This document shows, piece by piece, positions 1 through 8,479 of a stretch of DNA of 64,000 nt. A program made the position numbers and the translations under genes. The notes beneath the pieces were generated by a model. It ran no database searches. It had not been told where the DNA came from and saw nothing but the letters and a program-made list of their open reading frames with translations. This DNA is from Candidatus Eiseniibacteriota bacterium (lineage in GTDB: Bacteria; Eisenbacteria; RBG-16-71-46; CAVPCR01), in NCBI GenBank assembly GCA_963823555.1, contig CAWGMA010000003.1:288001-352000 (forward strand), given 5' to 3'. The first letter of the stretch is position 1. The number at the start of each line of letters is the position of its first letter.

Positions 1-2
1 CA

Positions 3-989
3 GAGATCCCGCCGCAGGCGCAGGACGCCTCGGTCGAGTACTACATCTACAGCCGGAACGACGAGGGCTTCGAGCGGACCTCGCCGCCCGATGCCCCGAA
101 CACGTTGCACCAGTTCTTCGTGGCGACGGTCGTCGACGAGCTCGAGATCAACTCCGGCTGGACCGTCGGCGCCCCGGGCGACAACGCCACGACCGGGATC
201 TGGGTGCGCGTGGATCCCAACGGCACCGCCGCGCAGCCGGAGGATGACTACACGCCGGCGCCGGGCGTCAACTGCTTCGTCACCGGCCAGGGCACACCGG
301 GCGGCGCGATCGGCGAGAATGACGTGGACGGCGGGACGACCTCGCTCCTGACGCCGGTCTACGATCTCTCGCAGGCGACCCAGAACTGCAAGGTGGCGTA
401 CTACCGCTGGTACTCGAACAACCGCGGCAGCTCGCCCAACGCCGACAACTGGGTGGTCGATGTCTCGAACGACGGCGGTGTCAACTGGACGAGCGTCGAG
501 AACATCAATCCGCCGGACACCCAGCAGAACACCTGGGTGCCGATCGTGGTCGACATCGTGGCCCTCTTCGGGACTCCCGACCAGGTCCAGCTCCGCTTCA
601 GGGCGAGCGACCTCGGTACGGGGTCGATCGTCGAGGCGGCGGTGGACGATCTCGTGATCCTCACCAACCAGGCCTCGGCGGCGGTTTCGGAGCCGGCGGC
701 GGCGGTTCCCGCCCGCTTTGCGGTCGGGCCGAACCAGCCCAACCCCTTCAACCCGTCGACGACCATCAGCTACTCGCTGCCGGAGCGGAGCGAGGTCGCG
801 GTCACGGTCTTCGATGTCTCCGGGCGCCAGGTGCGTACGCTCGTGCGCGCGGTCCAGGAGGCGGGCGAGAAGTCGGTCACCTGGAACGGCCTCGATGACG
901 GCGGCCAGAGCGTGTCGTCCGGGGTCTACTACTACCGCGTCGAGGCGGCCGGTCAGGCGGCGACGCGGAAGATGGTGCTCGTGAAGTAG
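3..989 (+). CDS. Secreted protein with C-terminal FlgD Ig-like/T9SS-type sorting domain (5'-truncated by window)
   Basis: Frame is open from position 3 (EIPPQAQDASVEYYIY...) through the 105..989 ORF. C-terminus NQPNPFNPSTTISYSLP...VFDVSGRQVRTL...WNGLDDGGQSVSSGVYYYRVEA...KMVLVK is the typical FlgD_ig/secretion C-terminal domain. Confidence 0.85.
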   Translation, partial: EIPPQAQDASVEYYIYSRNDEGFERTSPPDAPNTLHQFFVATVVDELEINSGWTVGAPGDNATTGIWVRVDPNGTAAQPEDDYTPAPGVNCFVTGQGTPGGAIGENDVDGGTTSLLTPVYDLSQATQNCKVAYYRWYSNNRGSSPNADNWVVDVSNDGGVNWTSVENINPPDTQQNTWVPIVVDIVALFGTPDQVQLRFRASDLGTGSIVEAAVDDLVILTNQASAAVSEPAAAVPARFAVGPNQPNPFNPSTTISYSLPERSEVAVTVFDVSGRQVRTLVRAVQEAGEKSVTWNGLDDGGQSVSSGVYYYRVEAAGQAATRKMVLVK

Positions 990-1140
990 CAACGGCCGGA
1001 AGGTGCGCCGGTCGGCCGGCGCGTCCGGCAAACCGTGGCGGGGCGGTGCGGGCGAGTCCCGCGCCGCCCCGCCGTCACTTTGCCTGCTTGCCGCCGGGAG
1101 CTCGCGGCGGCACAATGCCGGGCCGGGGGAGGGTGGTGAT

Positions 1141-1410
1141 ATGTCAAGCCAGCTCTATCAGGTGCGCAATCTCTACAGCGATCAGCGATTCAACGGCTTC
1201 GTCCTCAAGGCCGGCAAGAAGGCTCGAGTCCGCGTCGAGGTCGGTCCGATCGAGAACGGCAAGTACCGCGGCCAGGCGCTCCTGCTCGATGCCGGTGGGC
1301 GAGTGGTGGCCGAAGCCGAAGGCGATCATCCCGACGCGGCCTTCGATGCCGTTGTGGTCCGGCTCTACGACACGCATTTCAACTTCGTGGCGCGGATCGA
1401 CGGCGCCTAG
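1141..1410 (+). CDS. Hypothetical protein (89 aa)
   Basis: ATG at 1141 preceded by GGGGGAGGG. Ordinary codon usage and a globular-looking sequence (MSSQLYQVRNLYSDQRFNGFVLK...). No family recognised. Confidence 0.65.
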   Translation: MSSQLYQVRNLYSDQRFNGFVLKAGKKARVRVEVGPIENGKYRGQALLLDAGGRVVAEAEGDHPDAAFDAVVVRLYDTHFNFVARIDGA

Positions 1411-1448
1411 AACCGTTCCAGTCGCCTTGACCGTTGACGGGCCGAGCT

Positions 1449-1477
1449 TTGCCCCGGCGCGCCGTCAATGGTAGAAT
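1449..1477 (+). promoter_or_regulatory. Putative sigma70 promoter for the Ig/Fn3 lipoprotein
   Basis: TTGCCC-17 nt-TAGAAT with an extended -10 TG. Overlaps the imperfect inverted repeat ACCGTTGACGG...CCGTCAATGGT. Confidence 0.5.
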
Positions 1478-1581
1478 AATGCCCAGTCACTGGCTGTCTC
1501 CCCCGTTCCCGCCGGTGTCCCGCCCCCGCTAGGTCCCGGCACGGGGTGAATTCCCCCGGGAGCGGCACCCTGAAGCTGATC

Positions 1582-3852
1582 ATGTCCATCCCACTTCGAG
1601 ATTCCCGCCTGGACCCGCCGCCTGCGCGTCTCCGCGGTGCCCGGTCCTGGAAGCGGTCCAGGGCGGCCGTCCTCCTCGCGATCGGCCTCGTGGCGCTCGC
1701 CTGCTCCTCGACGGTCGAGCCGCCCGAGCTACCGGCCGACTCCACCCCGCCCACGGTCGTGCAGACCACTCCGATCGCCGGTGCCGCCGATATCGATACC
1801 GCCGCTACGATCATCGTTGTCTTCAGCGAGGCGATGAATCCGTCCACCGTGCGGCCAGGATCGACGTTTCACGTCTCCACGCAGTCCATTGCCATATCAG
1901 GCACGGTGGTCGGCGACACGGATCAGCAACGGTTCGTCTTCATTCCCGACCATGCACTCCCGGGCGATCGCCAGGTCGATGTCATGGTTCGCGACGTCGC
2001 CTCAGCTGGCGGTGGCTGGCTCGAGGATCCCTTTGCGTTCTCGTTCCAGACCGGTGGCGAGAGTCCGGTACCGCCGCGTGTGCCCTCGAGTCCGTATCCC
2101 ACCGACGGTGCCAATGCGGTCCCGGTTGATACGATGTTCACGTGGACCGGTGGATCGGATGGCGGCGAACAGGTGGTCTACGACTTCTGGCTCGGGACCG
2201 ACGTCGAGAGCTTGGATCAGATCGCGACGGATCTCGCGGTATCCGAGTACGCCCCTGGTGCCCTCGCCCACGCCACGGCCTACGTCTGGAGGGTGGTGGC
2301 CCGATCGGCCGGCGGCAGCGCCGAAGGCCCGCCCTGGCGTTTCACCACGGTGCCGTTCACACCGGAGAACTCGCCGCCGGATACGCCGTGCAGCCCCTAT
2401 CCCGCCGATCAGGCGCCGTCGGTGGCGGACACGACGCGCCTCGCATGGGGCTGCGCCACCGATCCGGACGAGGATGAGCTCAGTTTCGAGGTCTATCTCG
2501 GCACCACCACGAATCCACCGCTCATGGCCACGGTGTCGTCCCCGCTCCACGTCCCGGCGACACCGCTCGATCTCGAAACCCGCTACTACTGGCGGATCGT
2601 CGCCGATGATGGGCGCGGTGGCCGGACCGCCAGTCCCTTGTGGAGCTTCACGACCGCCGCACCGGGGAACCAGCCCCCCAGCGCGCCGTGCAACCAGTAT
2701 CCCCCCCAGCTGGCGACGGGGGTCGCGGATACGACGCGCCTGGTCTGGGGCTGCGGCACGGATCCCGACGGGGACACGGTCGTCTTCGAGGTCTATCTCG
2801 GCACTACCCAGAACCCTCCGCTCGCCGCCACCGTGGCCGCGCCACCCTACGCTCCGCCGGCGCCCCTGGCGCGCGAGACGCGCTACTACTGGAAGATCGT
2901 CGCCGATGATGGACGGGGTGGCCGTACCGCGGGGCCCTTGTGGTGGTTCACCACCGAGCTACCCGAGAACCAGCCGCCCTCGGCCCCTGCTCCACCGATC
3001 AACCCGGCCGACGGCGCCACCATCGACAGCCTGGCCGTCACGCTCACCTGGTCCGGAGGGATCGATCCGGAACTGGATCCCGTGACCTTCGCGGTGCGCT
3101 TCGGCACGCAGACGCCGCCCCCCTTCTTCGCCGAGGTCTCGACCCGGTCCTTGCGCCTGGCCGACCTGGAATCGGATACGGACTACTACTGGCAGGTGGA
3201 GGCTGCGGACGATCACGGTCACACGGTGCCGGGGCCGATCTGGCAGTTCCGGACCGCGGAGCCGCCGAACACGCCGCCGAGCGTACCCACCGCTCCCGAT
3301 CCGCCGCACAACGCGAAGGAAGTCCTCATCGATGCCACTCTCACCTGGAGCGGCGGTGACGATGTCGAAGGGGACGCCGTCGAGTTCGTGGTCTTCCTCG
3401 AGCGTGGCGATGCCACCGATCCGGACTCGGTGGCCACCGTGACGGAAAAGGCCTACTCGCCGGTGCTCGAGGAGGGCGCCGATTACTTCTGGCGGATCGA
3501 GGCCCGTGATGAGCGTGGTGCGGCGACCTCGGGGCCGATCTGGCAGTTCACCACCAACTACCCGCCGGACGAACCCTGCAACCCGAACCCGGACGACGGC
3601 GAAACCGATGTCGGGATCATCGTCCGCCTGCGCTGGGGGTGCGGTCGCGATCCCGAGGACGGGCCCGAGGAGTACGACGTCTACTTCGGAACCACGCCGG
3701 ATCCCGGCGGTCCGATCGCAACGACCGAGGACAGGAGCTACTTCCTGGGTGGGGTCCTGCCCGAGACCACCTACTACTGGCGCATCGTGGCTCGCGATCA
3801 GCACGGCGCCGAAGCGTCGGGCCCGGTCTGGTCCTTCACCACCGAGGACTGA
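1582..3852 (+). CDS. Lipoprotein with an Ig-like (Big_5-type) domain and six fibronectin type III-like repeats
   Basis: Lipobox-like LVALAC; DSTPPTVVQTTP...IIVVFSEAMNP Ig domain; six ~100 aa repeats (N.PP..P....P...YYW.I.A.D..G....GP.W.F.T). Start codon uncertain (1546 or 1582). Confidence 0.8.
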   Translation: MSIPLRDSRLDPPPARLRGARSWKRSRAAVLLAIGLVALACSSTVEPPELPADSTPPTVVQTTPIAGAADIDTAATIIVVFSEAMNPSTVRPGSTFHVSTQSIAISGTVVGDTDQQRFVFIPDHALPGDRQVDVMVRDVASAGGGWLEDPFAFSFQTGGESPVPPRVPSSPYPTDGANAVPVDTMFTWTGGSDGGEQVVYDFWLGTDVESLDQIATDLAVSEYAPGALAHATAYVWRVVARSAGGSAEGPPWRFTTVPFTPENSPPDTPCSPYPADQAPSVADTTRLAWGCATDPDEDELSFEVYLGTTTNPPLMATVSSPLHVPATPLDLETRYYWRIVADDGRGGRTASPLWSFTTAAPGNQPPSAPCNQYPPQLATGVADTTRLVWGCGTDPDGDTVVFEVYLGTTQNPPLAATVAAPPYAPPAPLARETRYYWKIVADDGRGGRTAGPLWWFTTELPENQPPSAPAPPINPADGATIDSLAVTLTWSGGIDPELDPVTFAVRFGTQTPPPFFAEVSTRSLRLADLESDTDYYWQVEAADDHGHTVPGPIWQFRTAEPPNTPPSVPTAPDPPHNAKEVLIDATLTWSGGDDVEGDAVEFVVFLERGDATDPDSVATVTEKAYSPVLEEGADYFWRIEARDERGAATSGPIWQFTTNYPPDEPCNPNPDDGETDVGIIVRLRWGCGRDPEDGPEEYDVYFGTTPDPGGPIATTEDRSYFLGGVLPETTYYWRIVARDQHGAEASGPVWSFTTED
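2368..2967 (+). repeat. Intragenic 300-bp tandem duplication (Fn3-like repeats 2 and 3)
   Basis: Lines 2581 and 2881 are near-identical (cgctactactgg..gatcgtcgccgatgatgg.cg.ggtggccg.accgc). gaggtctatctcggcac recurs exactly 300 bp apart. Confidence 0.85.
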
Positions 3853-3876
3853 TTCCCCAGCCTTGCTTCCTCCAGG

Positions 3877-4755
3877 TCAGACCGCCGCAGCTCCGGCCAT
3901 GGCCCGCAGGCGCTGGACGCGCTCGGCCATCGGCGGATGGGTGGAGAAGAGCGCGGCGAGCCCACCGCCCCGGAGCGGGTTCACGATGAACATGTGCGCC
4001 GTCGACGGGGTGGCCGACCGCATCGGCCGCTGAGTGGCCGCCGCCTCCAGCTTCTCGAGCGCCCGGGCGAGCCCGAGCGGATTGCTGGTGAGAACGGCAG
4101 CACCCGAGTCGGCGGCATATTCGCGACTGCGGGAGATCGCGAGCTGGATGATGGTGGCGGCGATCGGAGCCACGATCATCATGGCGATCAGGCCGAGCCC
4201 GCCTCCGCCCGAGTGTTCGTCGCTGCGGCGGCCGCCACCGAAGATCAGGGCCCATTGCGCCATGTTGGCGAGGATTGATATGGCGCCGGCGACGGTCGCC
4301 ACGATCGACCCGGTGAGAATGTCGCGATGCCGGACGTGGGCGAGCTCGTGCGCCATCACCCCTTCGATCTCCTCATCGTCGAGGATCTCGAGTATGCCGA
4401 CCGTCGCCGCCACCGCGGCATGCTCGGGATTGCGCCCGGTGGCGAACGCATTCGGCGTGTGGCTGGGAATCACATAGACGCTGGGTATCGGCATGCCCGC
4501 CTTCATCGCCAGACGCTCGACAATGCCCTTGAGCCGAGTTCCGGCGCGGGACAACTCGGGCGGCAACTTCTCGATCGGGACGGCGCGGTAGGTCGCGAGC
4601 ACGATCTTGTCCGAGAACCAGTAGCTCCCGAAGTTCATGACGCCGGCGAGGACGAGGGCCATGATGGCGCCCTCGCGCCCCCCCAGGGCCTGTCCGGCCG
4701 CGACCAGGATCCCGGTCAGGGCCGCCAGGAGGATGGTGGTCTTGAAAGCGTTCAT
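3877..4755 (-). CDS. htpX: Zinc metalloprotease HtpX (M48)
   Basis: [15 protein letters not shown] start; [15 protein letters not shown] (HExxH), SRSREYAAD and FSTHPP motifs. Confidence 0.95.
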   Translation of the reverse strand: MNAFKTTILLAALTGILVAAGQALGGREGAIMALVLAGVMNFGSYWFSDKIVLATYRAVPIEKLPPELSRAGTRLKGIVERLAMKAGMPIPSVYVIPSHTPNAFATGRNPEHAAVAATVGILEILDDEEIEGVMAHELAHVRHRDILTGSIVATVAGAISILANMAQWALIFGGGRRSDEHSGGGGLGLIAMMIVAPIAATIIQLAISRSREYAADSGAAVLTSNPLGLARALEKLEAAATQRPMRSATPSTAHMFIVNPLRGGGLAALFSTHPPMAERVQRLRAMAGAAAV

Positions 4756-4894
4756 CTCTGGATTCCAATCGGGAAAACGAACCACTGCCTGTCTGGACGG
4801 GGATTCTGCATTCGCCTCTTTGGATCGGTCGGATCGCCGGCCCGTTTCACGATCAGACGTGCCTCCCGGCCTCGGACGGCGGCCTTCAGCCGAG

Positions 4895-6148
4895 CTAGCG
4901 CCAGGCTGAAACCTCCTCCCGGGCCCGGGTGGCGAGCCCCCGGAGTCCGCGCCGTTCCCCGCGGGCATTGGCGCGAAGCTCGGCATAGCGCTCATGGAGC
5001 AGTGCCGCCTGGTGGGCGGCGTCCAAGCTACCGGCCCGCTGGCGGGCACCGGCACCGAGACGGCAGGCGAGGGCGGGATCGCCGAGGACGTCCCGGACGC
5101 GTGCCGCGAATGAGTCCCCATCTGGCTCGATGAGCAAACCGCTCGTCCCATCGGCGATGAGGTCCACGATGCCCGGCCCGCGGACGGCGACGACCGGGCA
5201 GCCGGCCGCCATCGCTTCGAGCAGGGCAAGGCCCTGGGTCTCGGTCACCGAGGCGGACACGAAGACGTCGGCGGCGCGGTAGCAGGTCTCGATCTCCGGA
5301 TGCGGGATCCAGCCGAGGAAGCGGACATGAGCGGTGAGCTGACGCTCGCGCGTCATCTGCTCGAGACGAGTGCGGTCCGGGCCGTCACCGGCGATCACGA
5401 GCTCGATGTTGCCGACTTGCCGACGAAGCGCATGAAGCACGTCGAGCAGCCGATCGATGTTCTTCTCTCGAGCCAGCCGACCGACAAAGAGAAGCACGCG
5501 CGAGTCCGGGGCGATCCCGAGATGGATGCGGGCCAGGAGTCGATCGGCCGGAGCTGTCTCGGGCGGGATGGGCACGCCTGTCATCAGCACCTCGACCGGG
5601 CGGCGCACGCCGTACCCGATCAGGACCTCTCGAATATCGTTCGATGGCGCGAGAATGCGATCGTGCAGGTTGCAGAACCAGCGGCTGTAGGCCGGGGTGA
5701 TTCGCCGGGCCAGCCCGGCGCCAGCTTTGAGGTAGTGCCCGTACTCGGCGTAGTACGTGTGGTAGGTGTGGATCAGCGGTAGTCCCAGAGAGCGTCCAGT
5801 CTGGACGCCGGCGTAACCGAGGCCGAACGGAGTATGGGTGTGGACCACGTCCAGTCCGTGCTCCTCCGATAGCTGGCGGAGGCGGTGGGCGATGGGCAGG
5901 GCCAGTCCTTGAGAGCGTTCGGTGATGAGTGGAAGCGAAGGCACCCAGTAGATGGCCTCGATGCCTGGAGGCAGCGTGCTCGTCGAGCGCAGGATGCGCT
6001 GCGTCAGGAAGCCGGTGATCTCGTTGCGTGGCGCGAAGACAACGACCCTGGACCCAAGCCGTGCAACCTCAGCGGCGAAGGTCTCTATCGAGACCACGAC
6101 GCCGTTCAAATTGGGGCGGTAGGAGTCGGTGAAGAAACCGATGCGCAT
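4895..6148 (-). CDS. GT4 family glycosyltransferase (diacylglycerol glucosyltransferase-like)
   Basis: [41 protein letters not shown] and [14 protein letters not shown] motifs. Confidence 0.9.
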   Translation of the reverse strand: MRIGFFTDSYRPNLNGVVVSIETFAAEVARLGSRVVVFAPRNEITGFLTQRILRSTSTLPPGIEAIYWVPSLPLITERSQGLALPIAHRLRQLSEEHGLDVVHTHTPFGLGYAGVQTGRSLGLPLIHTYHTYYAEYGHYLKAGAGLARRITPAYSRWFCNLHDRILAPSNDIREVLIGYGVRRPVEVLMTGVPIPPETAPADRLLARIHLGIAPDSRVLLFVGRLAREKNIDRLLDVLHALRRQVGNIELVIAGDGPDRTRLEQMTRERQLTAHVRFLGWIPHPEIETCYRAADVFVSASVTETQGLALLEAMAAGCPVVAVRGPGIVDLIADGTSGLLIEPDGDSFAARVRDVLGDPALACRLGAGARQRAGSLDAAHQAALLHERYAELRANARGERRGLRGLATRAREEVSAWR

Positions 6149-6271
6149 CGCCCTACGGGGAACGGGACGTGAGTAGGAACCTCACCTGGCGGCCAGCCTC
6201 GACCTGAATGAAACCAGAAGGAATCTAGCATGGGGCCAGGAGAGGGAGCAAAGAAGGCTGGACCAACCCGC

Positions 6272-6300
6272 TTGATAGCTATACTGAAGTATGCTAATCT
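6272..6300 (+). promoter_or_regulatory. Putative sigma70 promoter of the dinB operon with a palindromic operator in the spacer
   Basis: TTGATA-17 nt-TAATCT with an extended -10 TG. Palindrome TAGC(T)ATACT-GA-AGTAT-GCTA at 6276-6296, inside an AT-rich island. Confidence 0.6.
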
Positions 6301-6372
6301 AATGCATTGCTATGCGGTCAATCACCATTTATTTCAAATAGATAGCGGCCAGACTGCTTCGAGGTGGCGCCC

Positions 6373-7638
6373 ATGTCGGGGCTTACGGGAGAAAGCGGAG
6401 TCGAGTTCCCAGGCTCGCGGGTGATCCTCCATGTCGACATGGATGCCTACTTTGCCTCGGTCGAGGTGCTGGCCCATCCAGCCCTGCGCCATCGTCCGGT
6501 CATCGTGGGCGGGCGTCCTGGAGGGCGCGGGGTTGTGGCCACCGCCTCCTACGCCGCTCGGCCGTTCGGAATCCACCCGGGCATGTCGATCGCTGAGGCT
6601 GCCCGCCGGTGCCCGCAGGCGGTCTTCCTGCCTGGCGATCCCCCCAAGTACATCTACTACTCGATCCGCATGCTGGAGATTCTTCGCGAGTTCTCCCCGC
6701 AGGTCGAACCATTCTCGATCGACGAGGCATTCGTCGAGATCAGTGGTCAGGTGAGTGGCTTGAACGAAGGTCGGGATATCGGGACCAGGATCCAGGACAC
6801 GATCGACCGCCGTCTTCGGCTTTCGGCATCGATCGGGATCGGTCCGAACAAGCTCGTGGCCAAGATGGCCTCGAGCGTGGAGAAGCCGCATGGACTCACG
6901 GTACTCGACCGGGACTCGTTCCAGCGACGCTTCTGGCCGGAACCTGCGGACGAGCTCTGGGGAGTCGGGGAGAAGACCGCTGCGACTCTAGCCGTTCTCG
7001 GTATTCGCACCATCGGCGACCTCGCCCAGGCTCCCCGTGGGCTTCTCGTGCGCTCATTTGGAGTCGTGGGAGGCGTCTTGCGGCACATGGCGCGTGGGGA
7101 GGATGAGACGCCGCTCATTCCATACACCGAAGGGGTTCCCATCAAGTCGATGGGACACGAACACACCCTCGCTCGCGACGAAGCCGATGGGGAGAAGCTC
7201 GATGCGCTGCTGCTCCGCCTGACCGAGCAAGTGGCCCGGAGGCTCAGGCGGGCGGGCATGCAAGGCCGGACCGTGACCGTGAAGATCCGATTCACCGACT
7301 TCCGTACCATCACCCGTCAACGCACGCTCGAACGCCCGACCGATGAGGAGCGCGCGATCTATCCGGTGGCGCGGGAGATCCTGCATCGAAACCGCGGCCG
7401 CTTGCCGCTTCGTCTCCTCGGGGTCTCGATGAGCGGCCTCATGAAAGGAGAGTGGACGGATTCACTCTTTTCCGCTGATCGCCGTCACCGGGACGTGCTG
7501 GGAGCCGTGGATCACCTGCGCGACCGATTCGGCGATAATGTCATGACCCGAGCGCGAATCCTGGCCGTGCTCCATGGGAATCATCATGAGCGACCGAGTC
7601 ACTCGCGATCTCTTCGCTCCCGACCCGCAGGAACCTGA
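6373..7638 (+). CDS. dinB: DNA polymerase IV (Y-family)
   Basis: ILHVDMDAYFASVE, GVVATASYAAR, SIDEAF, SIGIGPNKLVAKMAS and WGVG motifs, plus little-finger domain TVTVKIRFTDF. Confidence 0.95.
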   Translation: MSGLTGESGVEFPGSRVILHVDMDAYFASVEVLAHPALRHRPVIVGGRPGGRGVVATASYAARPFGIHPGMSIAEAARRCPQAVFLPGDPPKYIYYSIRMLEILREFSPQVEPFSIDEAFVEISGQVSGLNEGRDIGTRIQDTIDRRLRLSASIGIGPNKLVAKMASSVEKPHGLTVLDRDSFQRRFWPEPADELWGVGEKTAATLAVLGIRTIGDLAQAPRGLLVRSFGVVGGVLRHMARGEDETPLIPYTEGVPIKSMGHEHTLARDEADGEKLDALLLRLTEQVARRLRRAGMQGRTVTVKIRFTDFRTITRQRTLERPTDEERAIYPVAREILHRNRGRLPLRLLGVSMSGLMKGEWTDSLFSADRRHRDVLGAVDHLRDRFGDNVMTRARILAVLHGNHHERPSHSRSLRSRPAGT

Positions 7639-8479
7639 GCCGGTTCGCGAGCCATCTCCTCAGGGTGAGATGCGCTCCGGCACGCCCGCCTGGGATCCCG
7701 ACCGGAAGATCCTGGTGGGCACCTCCGGCTACAGCTTCTCCGACTGGATCGGTCCCTTCTACCCATTCCGGCTGCCCCGCTCCGAGATGCTCCCCTTCTA
7801 CACCAGGCACTTTCCCATTGTCGAGGTCAACTCCACCTATTACCGAGTGCCCCCGCCGCGCGTCACCGAGCAGATGGCCAGGAAGACCCCGCCCGGATTC
7901 CGCTTCACGGTGAAGGCCCCCCGCACCTTGACCCATGAACGGCGGCTCGACACGGCGGAGATCGCCGCCTTTCGCGACTGCCTGGACCCGCTTGATGCGG
8001 CCGGCAAGCTCGACGGCGTGCTCTTGCAGTTCCCGTGGAGCTTCCGCCCCAGCGCGGGGAGCCGGTGTCTGCTCGCCGGGGCCAGAGCCGCTCTTCCTGA
8101 ATGGCCCCTGTTCGCCGAGTTCCGCAACGCAGCCTGGTCCCAGCCGGAGACCTTTGCCCTCTTGCGCGATGTCGACATCGGCTACTGCGTTGTCGATGAG
8201 CCCAACCTCAAGGGCCTCATGCCGCCCGTCATCGAGCTCACGGCCCCCCAGGGCTACGTGCGATTCCACGGGCGCAACACCGCCAACTGGTGGGGGCGAG
8301 GCGAGGGTGATCGCTATGACTACCTCTATTCTCCGTCCGAGCTCAGCGAGTGGGTAGGGAAGATCCACGACCTCGCCCTCCGCGCCGAGAAGGTCTATGT
8401 CTTCTTCAACAACTGTCATGCGGGGCAGGCGGCCAGGAACGCGCAGCTCATGCAGGAGCTCCTGCTCAGGGAGGTGTGA
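7586..8479 (+). CDS. DUF72 (YecE-like) protein
   Basis: VGTSGYSFSDWIGPFYP, VEVNSTYY, LLQFP, EFRN, YVRFHGRN, YDYLYS and YVFFNN motifs. Confidence 0.93.
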   Translation: MSDRVTRDLFAPDPQEPEPVREPSPQGEMRSGTPAWDPDRKILVGTSGYSFSDWIGPFYPFRLPRSEMLPFYTRHFPIVEVNSTYYRVPPPRVTEQMARKTPPGFRFTVKAPRTLTHERRLDTAEIAAFRDCLDPLDAAGKLDGVLLQFPWSFRPSAGSRCLLAGARAALPEWPLFAEFRNAAWSQPETFALLRDVDIGYCVVDEPNLKGLMPPVIELTAPQGYVRFHGRNTANWWGRGEGDRYDYLYSPSELSEWVGKIHDLALRAEKVYVFFNNCHAGQAARNAQLMQELLLREV

